Origin: an uncultured Nitrospiraceae bacterium
GTDB taxonomy: Bacteria > Nitrospirota > Thermodesulfovibrionia > Thermodesulfovibrionales > Dissulfurispiraceae
Assembly (NCBI GenBank): GCA_963705105.1
Contig: CAVPIW010000005.1
Coordinates: forward strand, 1-64,000
Length of the DNA: 64,000 nucleotides
Direction of reading: 5' to 3'
Shown: one piece after another, positions 8,286 to 19,199 of the stretch
Layout of the letters: each line of letters starts with the position of its first letter
How positions within the stretch are numbered: the stretch's first letter is position 1
Translations under genes and position numbers: made by a program
Notes under the pieces: generated by a model
What the model was told of the DNA's origin: nothing
What the model saw: the letters and a program-made list of their open reading frames with translations, nothing else
The model's database searches: none

Positions 8286-9503
8286 GTGGAAACCGTCATC
8301 CTCTGCATCGACATGGACGCCTATTTCGCCTCTGTGGAGCAGCAGGCGAACCCGAAGCTGCGGGGAAAGCCCATCGCCGTCATCGGGTCGGGAGGCAGGA
8401 CCGTCGTCACCACCCGCTCCTACGAGGCGAGGAAGTTCGGCGTCAAGACGGGCATGACGGTCTACGAGGCAAAAAAGCTCTGTCCGCAGATCATCTTCGT
8501 CATCGGCGACAACGGGAAGTACACATACACGTGCACTGAGCTGTCAAAGCTGTACCGGCGATACACACCCGATGTCGAGATATACTCCATCGATGAGGCA
8601 TTCCTCGACATTACGACGACACATCATCTTTTCGGTGGTCCCGAAAAAATAGGACAGGCGATCAAGGATTGCATCAGACAAAGCTTCGGCATTTCCTGCA
8701 CCGTCGGCATCGCGCCGAACATCCTCCTGGCGAAGCTCGCCAGCGATATCGCCAAACCCGACGGTCTCCGGTGGATCAGGCCGGAGGACATCGAAAACGT
8801 AATGCGCGATCTCCCCGTCGATGAACTCTGGGGCATCGGCAAGGGAATCAGGGACCGGCTGAGATCTCTCGGCATCAAGACCTGCGGCGAACTGGGGGAT
8901 GCTCCGGCGGGCTTTCTCAGGAGCAAGTTCGGGATCGTCGGCGAGACCTTGAAGCTGATGGGTCTGGGCGTCTGCAACCGGCCCCTCGTCGTCCGGGAGG
9001 AGGACCCCAAGTCCATCGGCCACAGCCGGACCCTGCCCCATGACGTGATCAACGGGGACGACATCCGCAAACACCTGCTCCAACTGAGCGACATGGTGGG
9101 CAGGAGGGCGCGAAAGCACGGCTTCACGGGACAAACCGTCACTCTCACCGTCCGGTATGCCGACTTCCAGACCTTCACACGCAGGGGCGCCTTGCACCAA
9201 CCGACGAACACCACCCACGACATCTTCCAAAAGGTCATCGAAATTGTCGACGCCATCAGGCTCCGCGACCGGGTCCGTCTCCTCGGCATCAGCCTTTCCG
9301 GGTTCCTCCGTGACGACTGCCAGATGACCCTTCTCGCCGACAGGGAAAAAGAGCGTTCTCTCCTGCGCGCAGTAGACGCCGTCAATGACAGGTTCGGGGA
9401 CTTCAAGCTCACCTGGGCCTCTTACCTGCGGCAGATCGAAGAACGGGGCGTCATCTCCCCGGCCTGGCGCCCCTCAGGGGTAAGAAACGTGAAAATCAAG
9501 TAG
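8286..9503 (+). CDS. dinB: Y-family DNA polymerase (DinB/Pol IV-like)
   Basis: IDMDAYFASVE, SYEARKFGV, SIDEAFLD; C-terminal QMTLL clamp-like motif. Confidence 0.93.
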   Translation: METVILCIDMDAYFASVEQQANPKLRGKPIAVIGSGGRTVVTTRSYEARKFGVKTGMTVYEAKKLCPQIIFVIGDNGKYTYTCTELSKLYRRYTPDVEIYSIDEAFLDITTTHHLFGGPEKIGQAIKDCIRQSFGISCTVGIAPNILLAKLASDIAKPDGLRWIRPEDIENVMRDLPVDELWGIGKGIRDRLRSLGIKTCGELGDAPAGFLRSKFGIVGETLKLMGLGVCNRPLVVREEDPKSIGHSRTLPHDVINGDDIRKHLLQLSDMVGRRARKHGFTGQTVTLTVRYADFQTFTRRGALHQPTNTTHDIFQKVIEIVDAIRLRDRVRLLGISLSGFLRDDCQMTLLADREKERSLLRAVDAVNDRFGDFKLTWASYLRQIEERGVISPAWRPSGVRNVKIK

Positions 9504-9506
9504 TCT

Positions 9507-9903
9507 CCCTTACATAGGCCCTCCCGGAAGGCGGGGCGAAGATGCCACCGCAAAAAGTCATTAAGTCATTAAGTCAGAAGCCAGAAGTTGGGACCACGCT
9601 ACGATGGCCCAAACGGGAAGGCTGATGTGGTGAAAGGCCTTTCCGCTAAGATACCCTGTTCATCCCCGGACCACCCTTTGCCGTGTCTATTGATATCACA
9701 AGCCCGTCAGGCAATAGGCGCTGAACACCCTAAAATGTCTCATCATCGCATTGGAAAGGCTTTGAACCATATTTGCCTTCCCGGAGACCGTATCGCTATC
9801 AGCAAGGCTTTGAGGCACTTTGTCCCGCCTTTTCATGCAACTGGAAGGTATATCCAGGGCTTTGAGGCACTTTGCCCGTCTTTTCACGCAGCTGAATGGT
9901 TCA
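9507..9903 (+). repeat. Composite repeat: subtype B arms enclosing a full subtype C (9614-9784), plus duplicated right arm
   Basis: B left arm at 9525; C hairpin; GGCTTTGAGGCACTTTG occurs twice (~9806 and ~9858). Confidence 0.85.
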
Positions 9904-9941
9904 GTTGAAAAAGGGCTTGTGAAGTGCTATATTTACGGGCT

Positions 9942-11666
9942 ATGGACTATACGATAAAGATCGGCGGGGAGGCGGGACAGGGCATACAGACGATCGGCGA
10001 GACCCTTGCGAAGATATTCTCCCGGAGCGGCTTTCACGTTTTCGCCCACCAGGATTACGAGTCCCGCATCAGGGGGGGCCATAACTTCTTCCAGGTGCGC
10101 TTCTCCGACAGGCCCGTCACGGCGCCGAAAGACAAGATCGACATCATCGTCGCCCTCGACAAAGCGAGCATCTCCCTCCATGAAGGCGAGTTGTCCCAGT
10201 ACGGTCAGATCGTCTATGACTCGGACGCACTGAAGACGAAACATGACGCGCCTCATTTCCTCGATGTCCCCTTCGTCTCCATCGCCGTCGAGCGCGGCGG
10301 CAGCAGGATCATGGCCAATACAGTCGCAACGGGCGCGGTCCTGGGCATGCTCGGCATGGACATCGACATCCTCCTGAGCATCATCAGGGAGACCTTCAAG
10401 AAAAAGGGCGATGATGTCATCAAGGCGAATACGGCCTCGGCGATGGCCGGATACGACTATGCCGTCAGGCAGTGCATCCGTTGCAACTTCGCCGTCGGCA
10501 CCGAGGACGAGAAGAACAGGCGAATGCTCATCAACGGCGTCGACGCCATAGGCCTCGGCGCCATCAGCGCGGGATGCAAGTTTTACGCGGCCTATCCCAT
10601 GACCCCCTCGACGGGTGTCATGCTCTATATGGCGTCGAAGGCAAAAGAATACGGCATCGTCGTCGAACAGGCCGAGGATGAGATCTCCGCGATCAACATG
10701 GCCCTGGGTGCATCCTTTGCCGGCGTGCGGGCGATGACGGGCACGTCGGGAGGCGGCTTCGCCCTCATGGTCGAGGGGCTGTCCCTGGCGGCCATGACCG
10801 AAACGCCCGTTGTGATCGCCTACGGTCAGCGCGTCGGTCCCGCAACAGGATTCCCCACGCGGACGGAGCAGGCGGACCTCCTGTTTGCGCTCCATGCCGG
10901 TCACGGTGAATTCCCGCGGGTCATCTTTGCGCCTGGCACACCCGAACAGGCCTTCTATCAGACCAACAGGGCCTTCGACCTTGCCGAAAAATACCAGATC
11001 CCCGTCTTTGTCATGTTCGATTCCTTCTTCGCCGATGCCCTATGGACCGTCGACGGGTTCGACCTGGACAAGCTGTCGTTCACCGATTACCGGCTTAGGG
11101 GCGACGCCTTCAGGTCTCTGACGGCGTATAAAAGACACGCCTTCACGGAGACGGGGGTATCCCCTCTCGGCGTGCCCGGTGATGCCCCGCACCTCGTCGT
11201 GACGGACAGCGATGAACATGATGAGGAGGGGCACATCGTCGAGGATGCCGAGACGCGGACCAAAATGGTCCAGAAGCGGCTCTTCCGCAAGCTTCCCCTC
11301 ATCAGGAAAGAAATGGCGCCTCCGCTGCTCTACGGGCACCCCAGGCCGAGCACGGTGATCTGCGGGTGGGGTTCCACCTACGGAGTCATGAAGGAAGTGG
11401 TGGACCGGCTCGCTCCAAAGAGAAAGATCGCCATGCTCCACTTCAGCGACATTTATCCGCTGCCTCCGACGCGGACGTTCAATTACCTGGGGGTGCTCAA
11501 GAACGCTGACATAACCCTTTGCATCGAGAACAACGCGACGAACCAGTTCGCCCGCCTGTTCAAAACGGAAACGGGCTTTGCCTTCAACGCGCTGCTGACG
11601 AAGTTCGACGGCCGGCCTTTCTCGGTTGACGTCCTGACAGGAGAGATCGATGTCCACCTTGGATGA
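9942..11666 (+). CDS. 2-oxoacid:ferredoxin oxidoreductase alpha subunit
   Basis: IGGEAGQG, YPMTPST, QAEDEISA, TSGGGF motifs. Confidence 0.95.
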   Translation: MDYTIKIGGEAGQGIQTIGETLAKIFSRSGFHVFAHQDYESRIRGGHNFFQVRFSDRPVTAPKDKIDIIVALDKASISLHEGELSQYGQIVYDSDALKTKHDAPHFLDVPFVSIAVERGGSRIMANTVATGAVLGMLGMDIDILLSIIRETFKKKGDDVIKANTASAMAGYDYAVRQCIRCNFAVGTEDEKNRRMLINGVDAIGLGAISAGCKFYAAYPMTPSTGVMLYMASKAKEYGIVVEQAEDEISAINMALGASFAGVRAMTGTSGGGFALMVEGLSLAAMTETPVVIAYGQRVGPATGFPTRTEQADLLFALHAGHGEFPRVIFAPGTPEQAFYQTNRAFDLAEKYQIPVFVMFDSFFADALWTVDGFDLDKLSFTDYRLRGDAFRSLTAYKRHAFTETGVSPLGVPGDAPHLVVTDSDEHDEEGHIVEDAETRTKMVQKRLFRKLPLIRKEMAPPLLYGHPRPSTVICGWGSTYGVMKEVVDRLAPKRKIAMLHFSDIYPLPPTRTFNYLGVLKNADITLCIENNATNQFARLFKTETGFAFNALLTKFDGRPFSVDVLTGEIDVHLG

Positions 11667-12501
11667 TTTCCGGGGACAGGTCCCCGCATGGTGCCCCGGC
11701 TGCGGGAACTTCAGCATCCTGAAGACCTTCAAGGATGCCCTCGTCGAACTCGGCATCGAGCCCCACCGGTTTGTCATCGTCTCGGGCATCGGTCAGGCCG
11801 GGAAATTCCCCCATTACCTGAAATGCAACACCTTCAACGGGCTCCACGGCAGGACGCTGCCCGTCGCCACGGCGATACGGCTGGCAAACCACGAGATGCT
11901 CGTCATCGCCGTCGCCGGAGACGGCGACTGTTACGGAGAGGGCGGCAATCACCTGATGCACGCGATGCGGAGAAATGTGAACGTCAAGCTCTTCGTGCAT
12001 GACAACCAGATTTACGGTCTCACAAAGGGCCAGGCCTCACCGACGACCATGGAGGGCACGGTGACGAAGAACCAGCCCTTCGGCGTCCTTTCGGAGCAAC
12101 TGAACCCCATGGCCCTGGCCGTCGCCCTCGACTGCAGCTTCGTGGCGAGGAGCTTCGCCGGAGACAATGCCCATCTCAAAGCGACCGTCAAGGAGGCGAT
12201 CGGGCACAAAGGATTCTCCCTCGTCGACATCCTCCAGCCCTGTGTCACCTTCAATACCGTCAATACATTCGACTGGTACCGGCAGCGGGTCTATCACATC
12301 GAACCCGGACACAATCCCGAAGACCGCGTGGAGGCTTTCAGGAGGGCCCTCGAATGGGGCGACAGGATACCGATCGGGGTGATCTACCGGAACAATCGCC
12401 CGTTGCTCGAGGAGAGGATTCCCGTCATCCGTTCGACTGCCCTCGTGAAACAGGAGATCAATATGTCCCTGTTAAAGGAGACACTGAAGGACTTCTATTA
12501 A
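11650..12501 (+). CDS. 2-oxoacid:ferredoxin oxidoreductase beta subunit (TPP-binding)
   Basis: WCPGCG, LHGR, GDGD, YGLTKGQASPT. Confidence 0.95.
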   Translation: MSTLDDFRGQVPAWCPGCGNFSILKTFKDALVELGIEPHRFVIVSGIGQAGKFPHYLKCNTFNGLHGRTLPVATAIRLANHEMLVIAVAGDGDCYGEGGNHLMHAMRRNVNVKLFVHDNQIYGLTKGQASPTTMEGTVTKNQPFGVLSEQLNPMALAVALDCSFVARSFAGDNAHLKATVKEAIGHKGFSLVDILQPCVTFNTVNTFDWYRQRVYHIEPGHNPEDRVEAFRRALEWGDRIPIGVIYRNNRPLLEERIPVIRSTALVKQEINMSLLKETLKDFY

Positions 12502-12725
12502 CCTGATCGTTGCACTACACGCCCGGAAAAGGCGGGGCTGGGGTGAATGCGCCGAAAACCTTGCTGCGGCGACACCGAAACCGTCGCGGAAGACAGCGGT
12601 TCAAACCAATAGTCGATGACACAGAGAGCGGGTTCCTGAAGCACGAAGCTGACAACGCGTATCGTCGCCTTCAGCAAGGCTTTGAGGCGCTTCGCCCCGC
12701 CTTTTTTATGCAACTGTAGGGTTAA
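12499..12725 (+). repeat. Intergenic hairpin repeat subtype A
   Basis: Begins TAACC at the preceding stop codon, ends GGGTTAA. Confidence 0.92.
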
Positions 12726-12764
12726 GCCTTCGTCGCCCGGACCCTTGACCATACCTGAAGGAGG

Positions 12765-14216
12765 ATGATTATCAGCGCGAAAATGTTGCCTCTTCCGCCC
12801 CATAAAACAAAGATCGTCTGTACGATCGGGCCTGCCTCAGATTCCGGAGAGATGATGGAACGGATGCTCCTTGCCGGCATGAATGTGGCGCGCCTGAATT
12901 TCTCACATGGCGAGTTCGGCGGCCACAAAAAAGTCATCGACAGTCTCCGGTCCGCTTCCCGGGCGACGGGACGGCGCGTCGCCATCATGGCCGACCTGCC
13001 GGGACCGAAGATACGGATCGGCAGGATCGCCGGAGAACCAATCGAGCTCAAGCCGGGCGACACGTACACTCTCACCACGAGAGACATCCCCGGGGATGCC
13101 TCTATTGTCTCGGTCACCTTCGAACCCCTTCCCGGGGCTGTCAGGCCGGGGGACACGATCTTTCTCAATGACGGACTGATCCAGCTCGAAGTTGCGACCG
13201 TCGAGGGGCAGGATGTCCGGTGCCGTGTCATCATGGGCGGTGAGCTCCGTTCACGGAAGGGCCTGAACCTGCCGGGCATCGATCTCGGCATCAGCGCCTT
13301 CACGGACCATGATCATGAGTGCCTCCGTTTCGCCAAGGAGCAGGGTCTCGACGCCGTCAGCCAGTCCTTCGTTGAAAAGGCCGCGGACATACATGTCGTC
13401 AGGAAGAGCGCCGAAGAGATCGGCTACCATCCCTTCATCATCGCCAAGATCGAGCGGTCAAGGGCACTCGACTGCATCGAGGAGATCATCGATGCCGCTG
13501 ACGGCATCATGATCGCCCGGGGCGACCTCGGCGTCGAACTTCCCATCGAACAGATCGCAGTCGTCCAGAAAAGAATCATGCGACTCGCCAACATGCGGGC
13601 GAAACCGGTCATTACGGCGACGCAGATGCTCGAATCCATGACGTCCAACAGGAGACCCACACGGGCCGAGGCCACAGACGTTTCGAATGCGATCCTCGAC
13701 GGCACCGATTGCGTCATGCTCTCCGGGGAGTCGGCCATGGGCAGCTTTCCCGTCGAGGCTGTGACGATGCTCGCCCGGATTGCTCAAGCCATCGAACCGT
13801 CACGCCATCTGATCTCTGTCGGCGAACTCTACAAGGGAATCGATCTGAAGGGCCTGGTGAAGCCGGCCCATCTCGTCGCCCTCTGGGTCGAGGCGGCCCT
13901 TGAATACACAACGCCTGCGGCAGTCTTTGTTCCCACGCGCAGCGGAACGACGGCACGGAGCATCTCACGGTTCAGATTGCCCGTATGGATCGCCGCCGTG
14001 AGCTCTCTGGAATCGACGTGTCAGCAGCTCCAGTTTTCTTACGGCGTCTTTCCCCTCTGCGAAACCGACCACCCGGACGACTGGAATGCATACATAAGGC
14101 AACGGATGGTTTCTCTGGGCCTCACGGGAGATATTGTCCTTCTCACCGAGGGACCGTCCCTGAAACATCCCGGGGCCAATCACCGTGTCGAGATCATCGA
14201 CCTGAACAGGGCATGA
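12765..14216 (+). CDS. pyk: Pyruvate kinase (start may be 12783)
   Basis: KTKIVCTIGPAS, ARLNFSHG, MIARGDLG, ATQMLESM. Confidence 0.97.
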   Translation: MIISAKMLPLPPHKTKIVCTIGPASDSGEMMERMLLAGMNVARLNFSHGEFGGHKKVIDSLRSASRATGRRVAIMADLPGPKIRIGRIAGEPIELKPGDTYTLTTRDIPGDASIVSVTFEPLPGAVRPGDTIFLNDGLIQLEVATVEGQDVRCRVIMGGELRSRKGLNLPGIDLGISAFTDHDHECLRFAKEQGLDAVSQSFVEKAADIHVVRKSAEEIGYHPFIIAKIERSRALDCIEEIIDAADGIMIARGDLGVELPIEQIAVVQKRIMRLANMRAKPVITATQMLESMTSNRRPTRAEATDVSNAILDGTDCVMLSGESAMGSFPVEAVTMLARIAQAIEPSRHLISVGELYKGIDLKGLVKPAHLVALWVEAALEYTTPAAVFVPTRSGTTARSISRFRLPVWIAAVSSLESTCQQLQFSYGVFPLCETDHPDDWNAYIRQRMVSLGLTGDIVLLTEGPSLKHPGANHRVEIIDLNRA

Positions 14217-14219
14217 AAA

Positions 14220-15446
<1,227 letters not shown>

Positions 15447-15464
15447 TGAAAAAGGTACGTTCTA

Positions 15465-15793
15465 TCATTCGTGTCCAAAACAGCGAACAGCGGGACCTTG
15501 AAAACGAGGATCGGGTGTGGTTTCTGAAACATAATTCACGGTTGCCTTGCGCGAAAAGACGAGGCAAAACGCTCCGAAAAACAGTGTCAGTGTCAGTGTG
15601 AGTGTCAGTAAAAGGTTAATTTTGTTCGATCGTTGGTCTGCAATGGTCTGTACGGGAAGGCAGAGGTTTCGCAGCACCGATGCTTTTCGGCGCATTCGCC
15701 CCGTCTTTCCTGAGATCTCATTGCGGTGATAAGGGTTTATTATGCAAAGAAAGCATGCCCTATCCTCGTGTCAGATTATTTTGGACACCAGTG
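15465..15793 (-). mobile_element. MITE-like element D with a subtype E hairpin repeat inside (~15545-15738)
   Basis: Both ends are reverse complements of the 14220-14465 ends; (CAGTGT)n tract at ~15582-15609. Confidence 0.7.
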
Positions 15794-15862
15794 ACGTTCT
15801 ATCATTCATACGCATAAATTAAACGGTAATAGCATGAACACGCCATACAGGAGGATACGCGC

Positions 15863-16612
15863 ATGAAGCAGCTCGTTCTGCTCCGCCACGGCGAAAGCCA
15901 GTGGAACAAGGAGAACAGGTTCACCGGCTGGACAGATGTGATGCTGAGCCCCAAAGGCGTCGACGAGGCGGCCGAGGCCGGACGGACTTTAAGACGGGAG
16001 GGTTTCATCTTCGACACGGCCTTTACATCCGTCCTCAGCAGGGCGATCAAGACCCTCTGGATCGCCCTTGAAGAGATGGACCTGATGTGGCTCCCCGTTC
16101 AGAACAGCTGGAGACTCAATGAACGCCACTACGGGGCGCTTCAGGGACTGAACAAGGCGGAGACGGTGGAAAAGCACGGCGAAGAACAGGTCAAGATATG
16201 GAGGCGCAGTTACGACGTTCCCCCTCCGGCCCTGGCGCCCGATGACCCCCGTCATCCCGGCAAAGACCCCCGGTATGCTCAACTGAAGCCGGACGAGCTT
16301 CCCCTGACAGAGTCGCTAAAAGACACCGTCGCGCGGTTCCTTCCTTACTGGCACGGGACGATCGCCCCTGTCGTGAAGAGCGGCACGAGGGTCCTCATCG
16401 CAGCGCACGGCAACAGCATCCGTGCCCTCGTGAAGTACCTCGACAACGTCTCCGATCAGGACATCGTCGGTATCAATATCCCGACGGGCATTCCCCTGGT
16501 CTATGAACTGAATGACGATCTGACGCCGGTGCGGAATTACTACCTCGGAGATCCCGAGGCGGTGAAGAAGGCGGCCCAGGCCGTGGCGGACCAACTGAAG
16601 AAGAAGACATAA
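15863..16612 (+). CDS. gpmA: 2,3-BPG-dependent phosphoglycerate mutase
   Basis: [21 protein letters not shown]. Confidence 0.97.
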   Translation: MKQLVLLRHGESQWNKENRFTGWTDVMLSPKGVDEAAEAGRTLRREGFIFDTAFTSVLSRAIKTLWIALEEMDLMWLPVQNSWRLNERHYGALQGLNKAETVEKHGEEQVKIWRRSYDVPPPALAPDDPRHPGKDPRYAQLKPDELPLTESLKDTVARFLPYWHGTIAPVVKSGTRVLIAAHGNSIRALVKYLDNVSDQDIVGINIPTGIPLVYELNDDLTPVRNYYLGDPEAVKKAAQAVADQLKKKT

Positions 16613-16674
16613 CCTCATGCAGACACCCTTACGAAAGGCGGGCCGATACCGCATCGCCGGGTTTCCGGATCAAT

Positions 16675-17454
16675 ATGCTCCTTTTTGATACCATCGGCAA
16701 GAAGACGATCAGCCTCGTAAACAACCTGGGGGCTGCAACCATCTTTTTCACCCGGTCCTTTCTGCTGATCTTCCGGCCGAAACAGGTCCCGCCGGTCATC
16801 CAGCAGGTTTTCTATATCGGGGCCACCTCATCAGGCATCATCATGATGGTCGCCCTGTTCACCGGCATGGTTCTGGGCCTGCAGCTTTACTACGAACTGG
16901 CCAGGGTCGGCTCCCAGGGCGCCCTCGGTTCCGCCGTAGCCCTCTCACTCATCAGGGAGCTGGGGCCCGTGCTGACGGCGATCATGATCACCGCCCGGGC
17001 AGGTTCGGCCATGGCTGCGGAAATCGGCGTGCAGCGCATTTCCGAACAGATAGACGCCCTGTACACGATGCGGATCGATCCCCTCCGGTTCCTCGTGAGC
17101 CCCCGCATCGCCGCCTCCATCATCAGTTTTCCGTTTCTGACGGCGCTCTTCGATGTCGTCGGCATTTTCGGAGGCTATCTCACCGGCGTCATCCTCCTCG
17201 GCGTCGACCCCGGGGCCTACGTCTTCCGGATCGACTCGAGCGTCGAGACAAAGGATGTCATGAGCGGGTTTGTAAAGTCCGTCGTCTTCGCTGTCGTCGT
17301 ATCGACCGTATGCTGCTATCAGGGGTACTTCACGCACATGCGCAAGGGCAGCTACGGCGCCAAGAGCGTCAGCCTTTCGACGACGTCCGCCGTCGTGCTC
17401 TCCTGCGTAACCATCCTCGTCGCCGACTACGTCGTGACGTCATTTTTTATTTGA
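16675..17454 (+). CDS. mlaE: MlaE family ABC permease
   Basis: RELGPVLTA, EQIDAL, PRI motifs. Confidence 0.93.
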   Translation: MLLFDTIGKKTISLVNNLGAATIFFTRSFLLIFRPKQVPPVIQQVFYIGATSSGIIMMVALFTGMVLGLQLYYELARVGSQGALGSAVALSLIRELGPVLTAIMITARAGSAMAAEIGVQRISEQIDALYTMRIDPLRFLVSPRIAASIISFPFLTALFDVVGIFGGYLTGVILLGVDPGAYVFRIDSSVETKDVMSGFVKSVVFAVVVSTVCCYQGYFTHMRKGSYGAKSVSLSTTSAVVLSCVTILVADYVVTSFFI

Positions 17455-17457
17455 GCT

Positions 17458-18711
17458 ATGGAAAACAAGACCCCCCTCATCGAATTCCGGGACGTGACCA
17501 AACGCTTCGACAGCACGACGGTCCTGGACCGTGCGAACCTCAAAATCTACGAGGGTGAGATCACGACCCTCATCGGCAAGAGCGGCACCGGGAAGAGCGT
17601 CCTCCTCAAGCACATCATCGGCCTCCTCGATCCCGATGAGGGGGACATCCTCCTCCACGGAAAACCCATCAAGACCATGAAGAGGGCCGAATGGGACCGG
17701 TACCGGAGCAGGATCAGCTACATGTTCCAGAGCAACGCCCTCTTCGATTCCATGACGGTCTTCGAAAACGTCGCCCTTCCCCTCAGGCAGACGACGAATC
17801 TGAAGAAAAAGGAGATTGAGGACAAAGTCATGACGAGGCTCGAACAGATGGATCTTGAGGATGTGACCGACAAGTTTCCCTCGGAGCTCTCGGGAGGCAT
17901 GCAGAAGCGTGTCGCCCTGGCCCGTGCCCTCGTCACGGACCCCGAGATCGTCCTCTTCGACGAGCCGACAACGGGGCAGGACCCCATAAGGAGGAACGCG
18001 ATCCTCAGCATGATCGCCCAGTACCGCAAGAAGTTCGGGTTCACGGCGGTCATCATCAGCCATGACATACCCGACATCTTCTTCATCTCCGACCGCATCC
18101 TCCTGCTCTGGGAGGGCAAGATCCCCTTCCAGGGCACGTACGAGGAACTGACGAAGCTGAACCACCCCCTGGTCGACGAGTTTCTTCATAGCATCGAGGG
18201 ATTTCAGGATGAGCTCACGGGCCTGCTCTCCAAACAGGTCTTTCGCTCCCGCTACGCCACGACCCTCGGCCGCATCCGTGACGAGACGGCAACGGCTGTC
18301 CTCTTCCTCGTCGAGTTCGACCTGCTCTCGGAATACCTCGGCCCGAGGGTAGCCGCCGAGGTCGTCAAGACCCTGGGGGAATTCATCAATAAGACGTTCG
18401 GCGCCCTCGGCGGATTCTCATCGCGTCAGCGAAGGGGTAAACTCCTGACAATACTCCCTTACCTGGAGCCTGACGAGGTAAGAGAAATCCTCAGGACTTT
18501 CGGCCCCTCTCTGCAGGAATCTCTCGGCGCAATGCAGGCATTGACACAGACGCGACTCGGACTCGACGCGTGCTTCGAGATCAATGTCTCGGCCGGTATC
18601 ACCGAAGCACGGTCGAACGAGGACATCGAGGACATCATACAGCGGGCGCTGCCGGAGCAGACGGTCATCGCCCGGCATCGCTGTGAAGGCAAGGAGGTTA
18701 AGGCGGCATGA
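17458..18711 (+). CDS. mlaF: MlaF-like ABC ATPase with degenerate GGDEF-like C-terminal domain
   Basis: GKSGTGKS, LSGGM, FDEP; ~170-aa extension starting DELTGL. Confidence 0.88.
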   Translation: MENKTPLIEFRDVTKRFDSTTVLDRANLKIYEGEITTLIGKSGTGKSVLLKHIIGLLDPDEGDILLHGKPIKTMKRAEWDRYRSRISYMFQSNALFDSMTVFENVALPLRQTTNLKKKEIEDKVMTRLEQMDLEDVTDKFPSELSGGMQKRVALARALVTDPEIVLFDEPTTGQDPIRRNAILSMIAQYRKKFGFTAVIISHDIPDIFFISDRILLLWEGKIPFQGTYEELTKLNHPLVDEFLHSIEGFQDELTGLLSKQVFRSRYATTLGRIRDETATAVLFLVEFDLLSEYLGPRVAAEVVKTLGEFINKTFGALGGFSSRQRRGKLLTILPYLEPDEVREILRTFGPSLQESLGAMQALTQTRLGLDACFEINVSAGITEARSNEDIEDIIQRALPEQTVIARHRCEGKEVKAA

Positions 18712-19199
18712 AAAAGTATGCACGTGAAACGGTGGTCGGTATCTTCGTTGTCATAGGGCTCCTCTGTGTCGGGTATCTCACGGTCAGACTCGGAGACGTC
18801 TCGGTGTTCGGCGACGACGACTACACTGTGTCTGCAAAGTTCACTTCCATTTCGGGACTCCACGCCGGAAACCCCATAGAAATGCATGGCCTCGAAGTCG
18901 GAAGGGTCTCCCGCCTGACGATAGACCAGGACAACCAGATGGCCGTCGTGGAAATGAAGATCCGGAAAGATATAAAGATATACGACGACGCCGTCGCGTC
19001 GGTCAGGACGGCGGGGCTCATAGGGGACAAGTACATCAGCATTTCGCCCGGCGGCGGCGGAGAACTGCTGAAACCGGGCGGTGTCATACGGGAGACGGAG
19101 CCGCCGCTCGACATAGCGGAACTCGTCGGCAAATATGCCTTCGGTGACGCAACCGATAAGAACAACAGCAAACCGAAAGGGGGCACGAAAGGTGAGTAG
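18708..19199 (+). CDS. mlaD: MlaD/MCE domain protein
   Basis: N-terminal TM segment, GLEVGRV, GLIGDKYISISPG. Confidence 0.93.
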   Translation: MKKYARETVVGIFVVIGLLCVGYLTVRLGDVSVFGDDDYTVSAKFTSISGLHAGNPIEMHGLEVGRVSRLTIDQDNQMAVVEMKIRKDIKIYDDAVASVRTAGLIGDKYISISPGGGGELLKPGGVIRETEPPLDIAELVGKYAFGDATDKNNSKPKGGTKGE

